The translations under genes were made by a program, and so were the position numbers. Below, piece after piece: positions 50,771 through 60,384 of a DNA stretch of 64,000 nucleotides; the stretch's first letter is position 1, and each line of letters begins with the position of its first letter. The notes under the pieces are model-generated. The model saw only the letters and a program-made list of their open reading frames with translations. It was not told where the DNA came from and made no database searches. Origin of the DNA: Candidatus Hydrogenedentota bacterium (GTDB lineage: Bacteria > Hydrogenedentota > Hydrogenedentia > Hydrogenedentales > CAITNO01); NCBI GenBank assembly GCA_029776995.1, contig JAKOTZ010000197.1, forward strand, positions 168-64,167, written 5' to 3'.

Positions 50771-51214
50771 ATGAAAATCGCAGTTGCGTCCCGTGACGGC
50801 AAATATCTGTCAGAGCATTTCGGACAAAGCGCGTGTTTTGTGCTATTCACCGTGGCGGACGGTCGAATCACGGGGGAAGAGACCCGGATGAATGACCGCG
50901 GACACCACGGATCCGGGGGGGAGCACGGCGGGTGCCACGACCACGACCGCGGCGACTGCCATGGCCACGGCGGGGAAGAACACCACAGCCGGCACGCCCG
51001 GCACGGCCATGCCGGACTGCTGGCCCTGCTGCATGACTGCGAAGCGGTCATCTGCGGCGGAATGGGTCCCAGGGCTGTCCATGACCTGAAAAAACACGGA
51101 ATCCGTCCTGTGATTGCGGCCCGAAAGGATCTGTCTGTCCGGGACGTCGTCGAGGCGTATCTTGCCGGCGCGCTGGACGTTTCCGGAGCCACCTGTTCCC
51201 ATCACCGCCACTGA
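50771..51214 (+). CDS. NifB/NifX-like dinitrogenase FeMo-cofactor-binding-family protein carrying a His/Cys-rich insert
   Basis: MKIAVASRDG ... SEHFGQSACFVLF and LLHDCEAVICGGMGPRAV match the family. The insert is HHGSGGEHGGCHDHDRGDCHGHGGEEHH. Confidence 0.7.
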   Translation: MKIAVASRDGKYLSEHFGQSACFVLFTVADGRITGEETRMNDRGHHGSGGEHGGCHDHDRGDCHGHGGEEHHSRHARHGHAGLLALLHDCEAVICGGMGPRAVHDLKKHGIRPVIAARKDLSVRDVVEAYLAGALDVSGATCSHHRH

Positions 51215-51393
51215 ACTTCCCCGGGGGATTTCCCGTTCAAATTGCGCACGGACAGGCCGGTTCGGGTACAATACGCTTCTACTGGTTCGCCACTTCTTTT
51301 CCGGGCGGAACAGACAGCCTGTGTCATGTGTTGCCTCATCCGGGGAAGGGCCCCGGATGGTAGGACATGGTCTCAACCGGCAGGTAGGTTACC

Positions 51394-52416
51394 GTGAGCA
51401 AAAAAAGCAGCCCTTCTACCGCGGCGCGTCGCAAGGATCCCGATGTGCCCGCCATTCGGACGTTCAGCCTGACCAAGGTTTACGAAGGCGCCCGGGCCGC
51501 TCAGGATGTCCACGCCCTGACGGATCTCAACCTTGAAGTGCGTCCCGGCGAAATCTACGGGTATCTTGGGCCGAACGGATCGGGTAAAACCACCACCATC
51601 AAGCTGATCCTTGGGCTGATCTTTCCCACTTCCGGCCATGTGGAAGTCTTCGGAAGCCGGGATATCGGGTCAGTCGAGGTCAAACAGCGGGTGGGCTACC
51701 TTCCGGAAGGCGCCTATTATCCCGACTTTCTGCGGGGCGAAGAGATCCTCAGGTACTACGGGCGGCTGTACGGCCTCGGCGGCAGGGAACTGGACCGCAG
51801 GGTCGGCGCCGTGATGGAGCAGGTAGGCATTGCCCATGCCCGCAAGCGGCTCCTGCGCAGTTATTCCAAGGGCATGCGGCAGCGTATCGGCCTGGCCCAG
51901 GCGCTGATCAGCGACCCCGATATCCTGATCCTGGATGAGCCGACCACCGGCCTTGATCCCATCGCGCGCAAAGAGATCCGGGACATCCTCGCGGCGCTGC
52001 GCGATGCCGGAAAAACCCTCCTGGTTTCCAGCCACGAGCTTCTGGAAGTGGAACTGATCTGTGACCGGGTGGGGATCCTGTTCGAAGGCGTGCTCCAGAA
52101 ACAGGGCACGCTGGCGGAACTGCTTGAAGCCCGGGATCTCCAGGTGGAAGTGGATGGGTGGAAACCGGAACTGGCGGAACAGCTGTCCGGCAAAGGGGTG
52201 GTTCTGGATGACGCGGTCGGCGCGCGCGCGAAGCTGCGCATGCCCCCCGGGTCCGCTGTGGACGCCGCGGTCGCGGTCTGCAGGGATCTCAAACTTAACA
52301 TTATTGGCATCACGCCCCGCCGGGAGACCCTGGAAGAGCTGTTTGTGCGGGTGGTGAAATCCGCCCGGCAGCAGAACCCGGCTGTTGCGGCCGCTTCGGG
52401 AGATGGCGCGAAATGA
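51394..52416 (+). CDS. ABC transporter ATP-binding protein (ABC-2 type)
   Basis: Walker A (GPNGSGKTT), ABC signature (YSKGMRQR) and Walker B (ILILDEPT). Confidence 0.8.
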   Translation: MSKKSSPSTAARRKDPDVPAIRTFSLTKVYEGARAAQDVHALTDLNLEVRPGEIYGYLGPNGSGKTTTIKLILGLIFPTSGHVEVFGSRDIGSVEVKQRVGYLPEGAYYPDFLRGEEILRYYGRLYGLGGRELDRRVGAVMEQVGIAHARKRLLRSYSKGMRQRIGLAQALISDPDILILDEPTTGLDPIARKEIRDILAALRDAGKTLLVSSHELLEVELICDRVGILFEGVLQKQGTLAELLEARDLQVEVDGWKPELAEQLSGKGVVLDDAVGARAKLRMPPGSAVDAAVAVCRDLKLNIIGITPRRETLEELFVRVVKSARQQNPAVAAASGDGAK

Positions 52417-53243
52417 AACAGATCATTGGATGGGTCCGCGGTCCCTGGGCCATTGCGGTCTACACCTATCGCGAAGGCATACGAAAGAGAACGCTGATCG
52501 GCTTCCTGATTCTAAGCCTGCTGGTCATTTTCGGGTCCAGTTTCATATCGGCCTTTCTCGATCCCACGTCCCGGACCGATATCGAACTGAAGCTCATCAA
52601 AGACATCTGTGTCGCCACCATTTCCATTTTCGGCGCGCTGATCACCGTATTCACTTCCGCCTCTGTTGTCCCGAACGAAATTGAAAACAAGGTTATTTAC
52701 TCCATCCTGACCAAACCCATCCGCAGGTGGCAGTATCTCCTTGGGAAGTTCCTGGGCGCCCAGCTGATCATCATCGTCAACCTCGCCCTGATGGGCATCC
52801 TGTTCTTTGCGGCCCTGTATATCCGCCAGGGAATTCTGCCCACCCTGCTGCTCTGGGCCCTCCTGCTGACCTATTTCGAGTTCCTCATCCTTTCCGCCTT
52901 TACCTTTGCCATTTCCACGGCGGCCACCTCGCCCGTCCTCCCGACCATCGGCGGACTGTTCGTGTACATTACCGGGAACCTGACCGAATACCTCAAAGAC
53001 GTGCAGAACCGGGCGGGGCAGACCGGCAAGTGGCTCGATGACATGCTGGGGCGGATTGCGGGCATCCTTTACGACGTCCTGCCCAACCTCCAGAATTTCA
53101 GCCTCCGCAATCAGATCGTCAACGGCATGCCGAACGATCCTCCAACCGATGTCATGATCCCCAACCTGATGGCGTACGGGCTCATCTGGGCTGTCGGCGG
53201 ATTCCTGCTCGCCTGGTTGATCTTCTGGCGCAAGGAGCTCTGA
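52413..53243 (+). CDS. ABC-2 family transporter permease
   Basis: Six hydrophobic helices. There is a 4-nt overlap with the upstream ATPase gene. Confidence 0.7.
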   Translation: MKQIIGWVRGPWAIAVYTYREGIRKRTLIGFLILSLLVIFGSSFISAFLDPTSRTDIELKLIKDICVATISIFGALITVFTSASVVPNEIENKVIYSILTKPIRRWQYLLGKFLGAQLIIIVNLALMGILFFAALYIRQGILPTLLLWALLLTYFEFLILSAFTFAISTAATSPVLPTIGGLFVYITGNLTEYLKDVQNRAGQTGKWLDDMLGRIAGILYDVLPNLQNFSLRNQIVNGMPNDPPTDVMIPNLMAYGLIWAVGGFLLAWLIFWRKEL

Positions 53244-53246
53244 CAC

Positions 53247-54650
53247 ATGAGGTCCCGTTACGGCAGGCTGGTGCTGGCGGTTGCCTTTGTGCTCGTGGCC
53301 GCGCTCGGCGCGTGGCAGGGACGCCGCGTTACCCGGCTGCGCGAAGCCGAAGCGTTTTACCGCTGGATGCTGGCCGCCGCCGTGGATGAGCGCCTGTTCC
53401 AGGACACCAGTTCAGAGTACCTGGATCGTGAGCTGCTGGAGACCTGCAACCGGCTGGCCGCCGCCGCGCCTGAAACCGCCCAGCTGGAGGCGGATCAGGC
53501 TGCAATGCCCATCACGGCCCTGGCCAAGAACCTCAAAAACGATGAGGCCATATGGAGTCTTGTCAGGGGAGCGGCGCTGGCCCCTGCCCGCGGACAGTTC
53601 CTGGATGCCGCGCGCCGGGGGAAACTCCAGTTTGCCCGCAGCATCGGTTACCTCGAGGCGCAGGAAGGAAACGTCGGCATTTTCAGCCTCTTTTTCGGTT
53701 TCCGCAAGGTCGCGGCGAATTGGCTGTGGATTCAGGTGGACCGTTACTGGCACCGCGGCGATCTCTTCCGGATGGTCGCCCTCATGAAAACCTGCGTCCT
53801 GCTCGATCCCAATTTTATCGAGGCCTATCAGATCGGCGCGTGGCACATGGCCTACAACGCCACCGCGAAAATGGCCGATACGCCCTGGGCCCTGCGCGAA
53901 TGGGATGAGCGGTACCAGGCCTGCGTGGGCGAAAAAGAACGGTACTATTATTTCGCCATCGACTTTCTCAAGGATGGCATCCGAAAAAATCCCCGCAACT
54001 ACAAGCTTTATTTCGACCTGGGATTTGCCATCTACAAGCAGAAGATGAACGATTACGCCAACGCCGTGAAATACCTCTCGGAAGCGGTCCGCCTGCCCCA
54101 TGACCGCTGGGTGCCGCGCCAGCTCTATATCTGCATGGAACTCAACGGCCAGTATGAAGAGGCCATCCGCGGGTGGGAGGAATATCAGAAGCGCTTCCCC
54201 GAAAGCGAACTGACCAAGGAGGTGGCGCCGCGCTTCATCCGCAGCAACCAGGGCAAACTGCTCGAGAAACAGTGGGAGGACGCGCTCAAAAAGGCTGAAG
54301 CCGCCCGCGATACCGCGGAATATCCCGCCCTGAAAGCCGAGGCCGACAGGCTCTTCCAGCAGGCGCTGGACCACTGGAAAGCGATGGGCGAAGACGGCGA
54401 TGTCCGCCGCATGCGGCTCGAAGCCCTTAAGCTGCGCGGGGAAAAGCGCTGGTTTGAAGCCGTTGCCCTCCTTGACAAAGCCCGCTGGGACGCGCCGGAC
54501 CAGTGGGAGGACTTCTCCGACCTTATCATTCAGATCAAACAGGAAGGCGGGATTCCGTTGTCCCTGTCCGAGCGTAAAGCCGTGGAGCGCAAAAAGGACG
54601 AGGGGCGCTGCAAAGGCATGCCGGAAGACGCATCGACCCGAACCTCCTGA
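53247..54650 (+). CDS. Hypothetical membrane-anchored, Trp-rich protein with TPR-like helices, co-located with the ABC-2 system
   Basis: N-terminal signal anchor. No family recognised. Confidence 0.45.
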   Translation: MRSRYGRLVLAVAFVLVAALGAWQGRRVTRLREAEAFYRWMLAAAVDERLFQDTSSEYLDRELLETCNRLAAAAPETAQLEADQAAMPITALAKNLKNDEAIWSLVRGAALAPARGQFLDAARRGKLQFARSIGYLEAQEGNVGIFSLFFGFRKVAANWLWIQVDRYWHRGDLFRMVALMKTCVLLDPNFIEAYQIGAWHMAYNATAKMADTPWALREWDERYQACVGEKERYYYFAIDFLKDGIRKNPRNYKLYFDLGFAIYKQKMNDYANAVKYLSEAVRLPHDRWVPRQLYICMELNGQYEEAIRGWEEYQKRFPESELTKEVAPRFIRSNQGKLLEKQWEDALKKAEAARDTAEYPALKAEADRLFQQALDHWKAMGEDGDVRRMRLEALKLRGEKRWFEAVALLDKARWDAPDQWEDFSDLIIQIKQEGGIPLSLSERKAVERKKDEGRCKGMPEDASTRTS

Positions 54651-54707
54651 GTATCGGGATGAAGCGCTGGCGCGCGCCCGCGCGGATCGGAAGCGGAGGG
54701 CAGTTGC

Positions 54708-55541
54708 ATGTCGCGTCTCGTTGTGCTCGTGGAAAATACCGCGTCCGGACGGGGGATACTGGCGGAGCACGGCCTGTCCTTCTGGATAGAGCACGGTGCG
54801 CGGCGGGTGCTTTTTGACGCGGGCCAGGGGTATGCCCTGCGGCACAATACCCAACAATTGGGCATCCCCCTGGAAACGGCTGATGCCCTGGTCTTGAGCC
54901 ACGGGCATTATGACCACACGGGGGGACTGGGGGAGGTCCTGGACGAAATCCCGGCCGCCAGGATATTCTGCCATCCCTTCGCCCTCTCATCGAGGTATGT
55001 CCGTGCCGCGGATGGTTCAGTCCGGGAGATTGGCATGCCCCGCGGGGTGGCGGAGAAAATCCGGGTGCTGGAAAATACCGTCTGGACGCAGGCTCCGACG
55101 GAGATCTTTCCCGGGCTCAGTGTGACAGGTCCCATCCCCAGGGCGAACGGCTTCGAGGATTCCGGCGGGGCGTTTTATTAGGATGAGGCCTGTCGGCGCC
55201 CCGACGCGTTCCCGGACGACCAGGCCCTTTTTCTGGAGGCCAAACAGGGCACATGGGTACTGCTGGGATGCGCCCACGCGGGAGTAATCAACACCCTGAA
55301 TTATGTCCGTGAACTTACCGGAAACCGTCCCCTCTGTGGAGTTATCGGGGGCATGCATCTGGTCTCCGCGGATCAGGAACGGTTGGGCCGTACGGTGGAG
55401 GAGCTGTGCCGCATGGGGGTGCGCTGTCTGATGCCGGCTCACTGTACGGGGTTCCACGCCATGGCGCGGTTATGGCAGGAGTTCCCGGAGGAGTATATTC
55501 CCTGTCCGGCCGGCGCCGCGGTTGATTTGGATGCTTTATAA
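54708..55541 (+). pseudogene. MBL-fold metallo-hydrolase interrupted by a single in-frame TAG at 55179-55181
   Basis: SHGHYDHTGG motif upstream of the stop. After the TAG the same frame continues without a stop (DEACRRPDAFPDDQALFLEAKQGTWVLLGCAHAGVINT ... MPAHCTGF), matching the conserved C-terminal half of this family. Confidence 0.8.
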
Positions 55542-55555
55542 GGGAATCCCTGCGA

Positions 55556-56227
55556 TCAGCGTTGTCCTGCTGCGATATAGCAGATCAGGGCGACGGGAAT
55601 CGCTTTTTCGCTGACATATCCCGGGCTCCACGGGTCCCGTTCATCCGTCCCAGGCCGGGTCGGATAAATCTTGAGTTTTCCGCTCCCGGGATCCTGTTCC
55701 ACCCGGATGGCCGGCCGGTCTTGGTCCCGCGTGTTCGTGCCGGGATGGGTCGGCGCGATGACAAAGCCGTTCCCGACATTCCGTTTTACGATATACCCCG
55801 GTTTATCAAAGTCCCGGATGTCCCAGCCGGCCTTGGTGGGATAGATAATGGTTTGTCCGTTCCGGTCCGTCTCGCTGGCCAGCGCGGGCTTGCTGTAGTC
55901 CCGCATGTTGGTGTCTTTCAGGAGCGGGTAGACCAGTTCGCCGCCCCCGGCCCTGCGTTCCACGGCGATGCCCGGTTTGGACAGGTCCCGGATGTTGCCT
56001 TCCGGATGGGTGGGCTGGACCAGCAGCTTGCCGCCTTTGTCCGGCTGGACCAGCAGCGCCGGCTTGTGGTAGTCACGGGTATCCCACCCCGCCAGCGTGG
56101 GGTAAATCACGAATTCCTGCTGGGCGAATGCCCATTCGGCGGACAACACCAGCGCCCAGAAAACCAGCGCATGCCTTTTCATAAAGTATATCCTCCCGGG
56201 ATTCAGGTTTACGTCCCATGATGACAT
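55556..56227 (-). CDS. Secreted repeat protein with about six tandem 28-aa repeats (IYPT-x-AGWD-x-RD-x-KP...)
   Basis: Signal peptide, then repeats such as VIYPTLAGWDTRDYHKPALLV, IIYPTKAGWDIRDFDKPGYIV and KIYPTRPGTDERDPWSPGYV. Confidence 0.5.
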   Translation of the reverse strand: MSSWDVNLNPGRIYFMKRHALVFWALVLSAEWAFAQQEFVIYPTLAGWDTRDYHKPALLVQPDKGGKLLVQPTHPEGNIRDLSKPGIAVERRAGGGELVYPLLKDTNMRDYSKPALASETDRNGQTIIYPTKAGWDIRDFDKPGYIVKRNVGNGFVIAPTHPGTNTRDQDRPAIRVEQDPGSGKLKIYPTRPGTDERDPWSPGYVSEKAIPVALICYIAAGQR

Positions 56228-56287
56228 TATACGGCAGGCCGCTCCTGTGTCGCGGGGATTCGTCGGGATACGGGACGGAGATCCCGC

Positions 56288-57124
56288 ATGCCGGTCCGCC
56301 CAATCCGGTACCGCGTCCCGGGCCGCCGCTTAAAGGTCCGCCGGAACGCGCGGTTTGGCCGGAATTGCCCGGTTTTTGCCCATTTTTGCCGGGTTTCCCC
56401 CCGGTCCGGGCGCAACAGAATGCCTTTATATATAGAGGCATGTTGCGTGTCCCGTCGCGGCAGCATGCCCGAACGCCCCACCAATCCGGAGACAGGAGGA
56501 ACTTCCATGCGTGAAAAATCGGCATTGCCTGAAATTCTGCGGCAGCTGATGCCCGGCCTTGCTGGTGCCGCGGCGGATGCCTGGACGGAAACCGCTTGCG
56601 GCATTATGTCCGCCTGCGGAGGCCCTGAAACTTTTGAAAAGAATCCCATCCGCGCGATGCGTTTGGCGCACGCGGCGTTTCTGCTGCTGATGGTCCGGAA
56701 AATGGAATCCCGCCTGCTCGAAAACCTGGAGCAGGAGGACGCCGAACTTCCCCCGGCGGCGCTGCTGCGGCAGGTTATGGCGATGTACCGGGAAGCGAAC
56801 GGCCTTTTGGAGAAGCTCGCTGAAGTTCAGGGGCCTGAACCGCAGGGCGCAAAAAAAGACGGTGTCGCATCCGCGGAGGACGGGCAGGCCGTTTCGGAAG
56901 TTTCCCGGTGCGCGGCCGGGACGCCGCCGGCTGAAAAGGCTTCGGAGTCCCATCATTCCGGTCCCCTTGCGGCGCCACGGAGCAGTGCCGATAAAACGCG
57001 CGGCGATACGCGTCCGCCCGCCCGGGCCGTCTCCGCGGGGCTGACCCGGGAGGCCATGCTCGCCGCCGCCCGGCAGCACTGTCTGAACCGGACCGTTGTG
57101 CCGCGGTCCGCGCCGAACGGTTGA
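56288..57124 (+). CDS. Hypothetical protein; the likely start is an internal ATG near 56506
   Basis: ORF only. Confidence 0.3.
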   Translation: MPVRPIRYRVPGRRLKVRRNARFGRNCPVFAHFCRVSPRSGRNRMPLYIEACCVSRRGSMPERPTNPETGGTSMREKSALPEILRQLMPGLAGAAADAWTETACGIMSACGGPETFEKNPIRAMRLAHAAFLLLMVRKMESRLLENLEQEDAELPPAALLRQVMAMYREANGLLEKLAEVQGPEPQGAKKDGVASAEDGQAVSEVSRCAAGTPPAEKASESHHSGPLAAPRSSADKTRGDTRPPARAVSAGLTREAMLAAARQHCLNRTVVPRSAPNG

Positions 57125-57197
57125 ACTGAAAAATGCGGCGGACGGACAACCGGCTGTCCGCCCGCCTTACCTGCCTGCCGGTTCAGGTATTTACCGC

Positions 57198-58226
57198 TTA
57201 AAATGCCGCCGCGATCAGGCCGTACGTGTTGGCCCAGGGGCCGCACGCCGGGAATTTTCCCCGGTCGCTGTACCGCTGGAACTCCACGTGGCCGTCCATG
57301 TACAGCACGTTCGCGCCGCCGGGAACGTGGTTGAACGCCGCGGCCGCGCCGGGCGTCGCGCTCACGCTGTCCCAGTAGATCGGCACCATCGACTGGGCGA
57401 TATTCGAGGACGCCGCGTTGTTGATGTCCGTGATCAGGAAGCGTTCAATTCCTTCGCGCAGCCGGTAGATTGTTGTTCCGCCGGCGTTGCCCAGGGTCTG
57501 TATGCCCGGAATCAGGTTCGACAGCGGGGAGGCGGTAACGTCAATGTCTGTGTCCAGCAGCGAGCGGATCTGGGCGCCGTTCGGCGTAGGACTGGTGCCA
57601 AACGCTCCCCCCTGGAACAGGGGCAGGGCCATCGCGAGCACCTGGGCGCATCCCTGGACGCCTGACGGAAGGCTCAGGCTCAGCAGGCCCGATATCATGG
57701 ACAGGTCCATGGTCGGATCGTCGCCGTCCGCCTGGTCAATGACCCAGCCGAAGTACTGGTAGCAGTCGCTGGGATTGTCCGCGATGCCTTTGTACGGGCT
57801 GGCGCAGGCCTGCCCCGGCTGATCGGAGATGATCGCCAGCGTATCCTCGGCGGGGCCGGCGTCCGGCACCGACGGGCAGACCAGCACGTTCCAGTCGCTC
57901 AGGTATTCCGGGAACAGCGCGCTCGTCAGCGGCGCCAGTTCCGGCTCATCCTGGCCGGTGCAGCTCGACGGCAGCCCGCCCGATCCGTCCGTGTAATACA
58001 GGGAAATCCCCTGCATCGGCGGGAACGCCCCTTTCGCCTCGTTCGCGTACATCTTCAGGATGACACCCATCTGTTTCAGGTTGTTCTGGCAGGACGAACG
58101 GCGGGCCGCTTCCCGCGCCCGGGCCAGCGCCGGCAGCAGAATCGCCGCCAGAATGCCGATGATGGCGATCACCACCAGCAGCTCGATCAGGGTAAATCCG
58201 TGTCGCGTGGAGTGTTTGTGGATCAT
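57198..58226 (-). CDS. Prepilin-type N-terminal cleavage/methylation domain protein with a DUF1559-like C-terminus (type II secretion/type IV pseudopilin-like)
   Basis: [25 protein letters not shown] and a C-terminal [17 protein letters not shown] motif. The start is set at the internal Met ([17 protein letters not shown]); my manual coordinate for it may be off by one. Confidence 0.8.
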   Translation of the reverse strand: MIHKHSTRHGFTLIELLVVIAIIGILAAILLPALARAREAARRSSCQNNLKQMGVILKMYANEAKGAFPPMQGISLYYTDGSGGLPSSCTGQDEPELAPLTSALFPEYLSDWNVLVCPSVPDAGPAEDTLAIISDQPGQACASPYKGIADNPSDCYQYFGWVIDQADGDDPTMDLSMISGLLSLSLPSGVQGCAQVLAMALPLFQGGAFGTSPTPNGAQIRSLLDTDIDVTASPLSNLIPGIQTLGNAGGTTIYRLREGIERFLITDINNAASSNIAQSMVPIYWDSVSATPGAAAAFNHVPGGANVLYMDGHVEFQRYSDRGKFPACGPWANTYGLIAAAF

Positions 58227-58384
58227 GGCTCTTCCTTTCTGCTTTGAAATGCCTGTGTACTGCCGTTGACTCCGGATACACGTTACCCCCAAATTGCAAG
58301 CGGAAAATGATGGAACCGTAAAAGTTCTGTTAAGGCAAACGGATGCCGCAGAGCGCTGGAGGGAACAGCGGCAGGAAGGGGCGC

Positions 58385-59668
58385 CTATTCGTGGCGAAGC
58401 GCTTCGACCGGATCCATGTAGGCGGCCCGAAGCGCCGGATACAGCCCGAAAACCACCCCGATCAGGCCTGATATCGAAAAAGCGATCAGCGGCCCCCACG
58501 GCGTGACAATCGTCATCATCCCGCTGAAGTACGTGATCAGCCGCGGTATCAGTAATCCAAGCCCCACCCCGATAATCCCCCCCGTGCCGGACAGAATCAC
58601 GGTTTCCACAAGAAACTGAAGCACGATATCCCGCCGCCGGGCGCCCAGCGCCCGCCGGATCCCGATCTCCCGGGTCCGTTCCGTCACGCTGGCCAGCATG
58701 ATGTTCATGATCCCGATACCCCCCACCAGCAGGGATATCGCCGCGATCGCCCCCAGCACCGTGTTGAAGATCTGTTTGGTCCGTTCCGCCTGACGCAGCA
58801 GTTCCAGCGGAACCACAATCTCAAAATCACGCTTCTTCCGGTTCCGTTCCAGCACGGCTTCCGCCAGCCGCGCCACCGATTCCACCCGGTCCTGGTCGTC
58901 TACGTGAATGGTGACCTCGTGCAGCTGAACCTTTTCCGCCTGAAAACTGCCCGACGCGCGCCGCACCAGGATTTCCCCGAAGCGGTTTTTCGCCGTGGTA
59001 AGGGGAATATACAGCTGCCCGCCAAGCCTGGGCGTGTTCTCTGTTCCGCCGGTGTTGGGACCAGCGCCGCCGCTGTCCGCGATCCCGATAACCCGGTAAT
59101 AATCGGCGCCGATCCGTACCAGCTGGCCCAGCGGCGGGGATAGCGGAAACAGCGCCTGGCCCAGGGTCCGGTTCAGCACGCATACGTTGATCGACATCTC
59201 CGTTTCCAGATGCGTGAAAAAGCGCCCTTCCGTAACCCGCAGGTTCCGGATCTCCGGATACCACGGCACCACCCCCAGAATCTCTGCTTCCAGGCTCCGC
59301 GTCGCGTTGAATACCCGTTCCCGGATAATCCGCGCGGGCGCGTAGACCGTAATGCCGGGAATCGTGTCCCGAAGCCGCGAAAGGTCCAGGTACGTCAGGC
59401 CGTAATCGCTCACGAAACTCCGCTGCACGTTCAGTTTCTGTTCCTCCGACGGCTTGACGCTGCGGATGATGATGTTGTTGCTGCCCAGCTGGCGGATCTG
59501 TTCCTGCGCTTCAAAGCTGGCGCCCTCGCCCACGGCCAGCATCACGATCACCGAGCATACCCCGAAGATGATGCCCAGCGCCGTCAGCAGCGAACGCAGC
59601 CGGTGCAGCCACAGGCTCTTAAACCCCACCTTAATGGTCCGCCAGGTCAGCCGCGCCCAGTGGATCAT
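58385..59668 (-). CDS. ABC transporter permease (MacB/FtsX family)
   Basis: N-terminal transmembrane helix, a MacB periplasmic domain and a C-terminal FtsX-type bundle. Confidence 0.8.
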   Translation of the reverse strand: MIHWARLTWRTIKVGFKSLWLHRLRSLLTALGIIFGVCSVIVMLAVGEGASFEAQEQIRQLGSNNIIIRSVKPSEEQKLNVQRSFVSDYGLTYLDLSRLRDTIPGITVYAPARIIRERVFNATRSLEAEILGVVPWYPEIRNLRVTEGRFFTHLETEMSINVCVLNRTLGQALFPLSPPLGQLVRIGADYYRVIGIADSGGAGPNTGGTENTPRLGGQLYIPLTTAKNRFGEILVRRASGSFQAEKVQLHEVTIHVDDQDRVESVARLAEAVLERNRKKRDFEIVVPLELLRQAERTKQIFNTVLGAIAAISLLVGGIGIMNIMLASVTERTREIGIRRALGARRRDIVLQFLVETVILSGTGGIIGVGLGLLIPRLITYFSGMMTIVTPWGPLIAFSISGLIGVVFGLYPALRAAYMDPVEALRHE

Positions 59669-60384
59669 GGCCGCGCCTCCGCGGGCCGCGGGACGTTCCG
59701 CTGGTCCGATTCGATCTGCCCGTCCTTCAGCCGCACCACCCGTTCCGCCCGCCGGCCGATTTCGGGATCATGGGTAACCATGATGATCGTTTTCCCCTGC
59801 CGGTGCAGCTCGTCAAACAGCTCCAGAATTTCGGCGCCGGACCGGCTGTCCAGGTTGCCCGTGGGTTCGTCGGCCAGCAGCACCAGGGGATCGTTCACCA
59901 GGGCGCGCGCGATCCCCACCCGCTGCTGCTGTCCCCCCGAAAGTTCCATCGGCTTGTGGTGCAGACGTTCCGAAAGCCCTACCCGTTCCGCCAGTTCCAG
60001 CGCCCGCCGCCTTCCGTCCGGACGGGGTCGCAGCTGATAATAAAGAGGAAGCTCGATGTTCTCCAGCACGTCCAGCTGCTGGATCAGATTGTACGACTGG
60101 AAAATAAAACCCAACCGCGTGCCCCGGATCTCCGAAAGCGCGTCGTCGTCCAGCCTGGACACGTCCAGCCCCCCCAGCAGATACCGCCCTTCCGTCGGGC
60201 GGTCCAGGCATCCCAGCATGTTCAGCAGAGTCGATTTGCCGCACCCCGACGGCCCCATTACCGCCACGTATTCCCCAGGGTATATCGAAAGGTCGATTCC
60301 CCGAAGCGCTTCCACCGTTACCGTCCCCATCTGGTAACGTTTGATCACCCCCTGCAGCTGGACAATGGGTTCTTCCCCGTTCAC
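59665..60384 (-). CDS. ABC transporter ATP-binding protein (MacB/LolD type)
   Basis: Walker A (GPSGCGKST), signature (LSGGQQQR) and Walker B (LLADEPT). The GTG start overlaps the upstream TGA stop as GTGA; the ORF's long N-terminal extension is rejected. Confidence 0.8.
   Translation of the reverse strand: MNGEEPIVQLQGVIKRYQMGTVTVEALRGIDLSIYPGEYVAVMGPSGCGKSTLLNMLGCLDRPTEGRYLLGGLDVSRLDDDALSEIRGTRLGFIFQSYNLIQQLDVLENIELPLYYQLRPRPDGRRRALELAERVGLSERLHHKPMELSGGQQQRVGIARALVNDPLVLLADEPTGNLDSRSGAEILELFDELHRQGKTIIMVTHDPEIGRRAERVVRLKDGQIESDQRNVPRPAEARP

Noticed and set aside
50143-51192. 349-aa minus-strand ORF spanning the DUF134 and NifX-like genes
   Set aside because: It runs antisense to two + strand genes that have clear family motifs, and it is Pro/Ser/Ala/Arg-rich, which is typical of a spurious ORF in GC-rich DNA.
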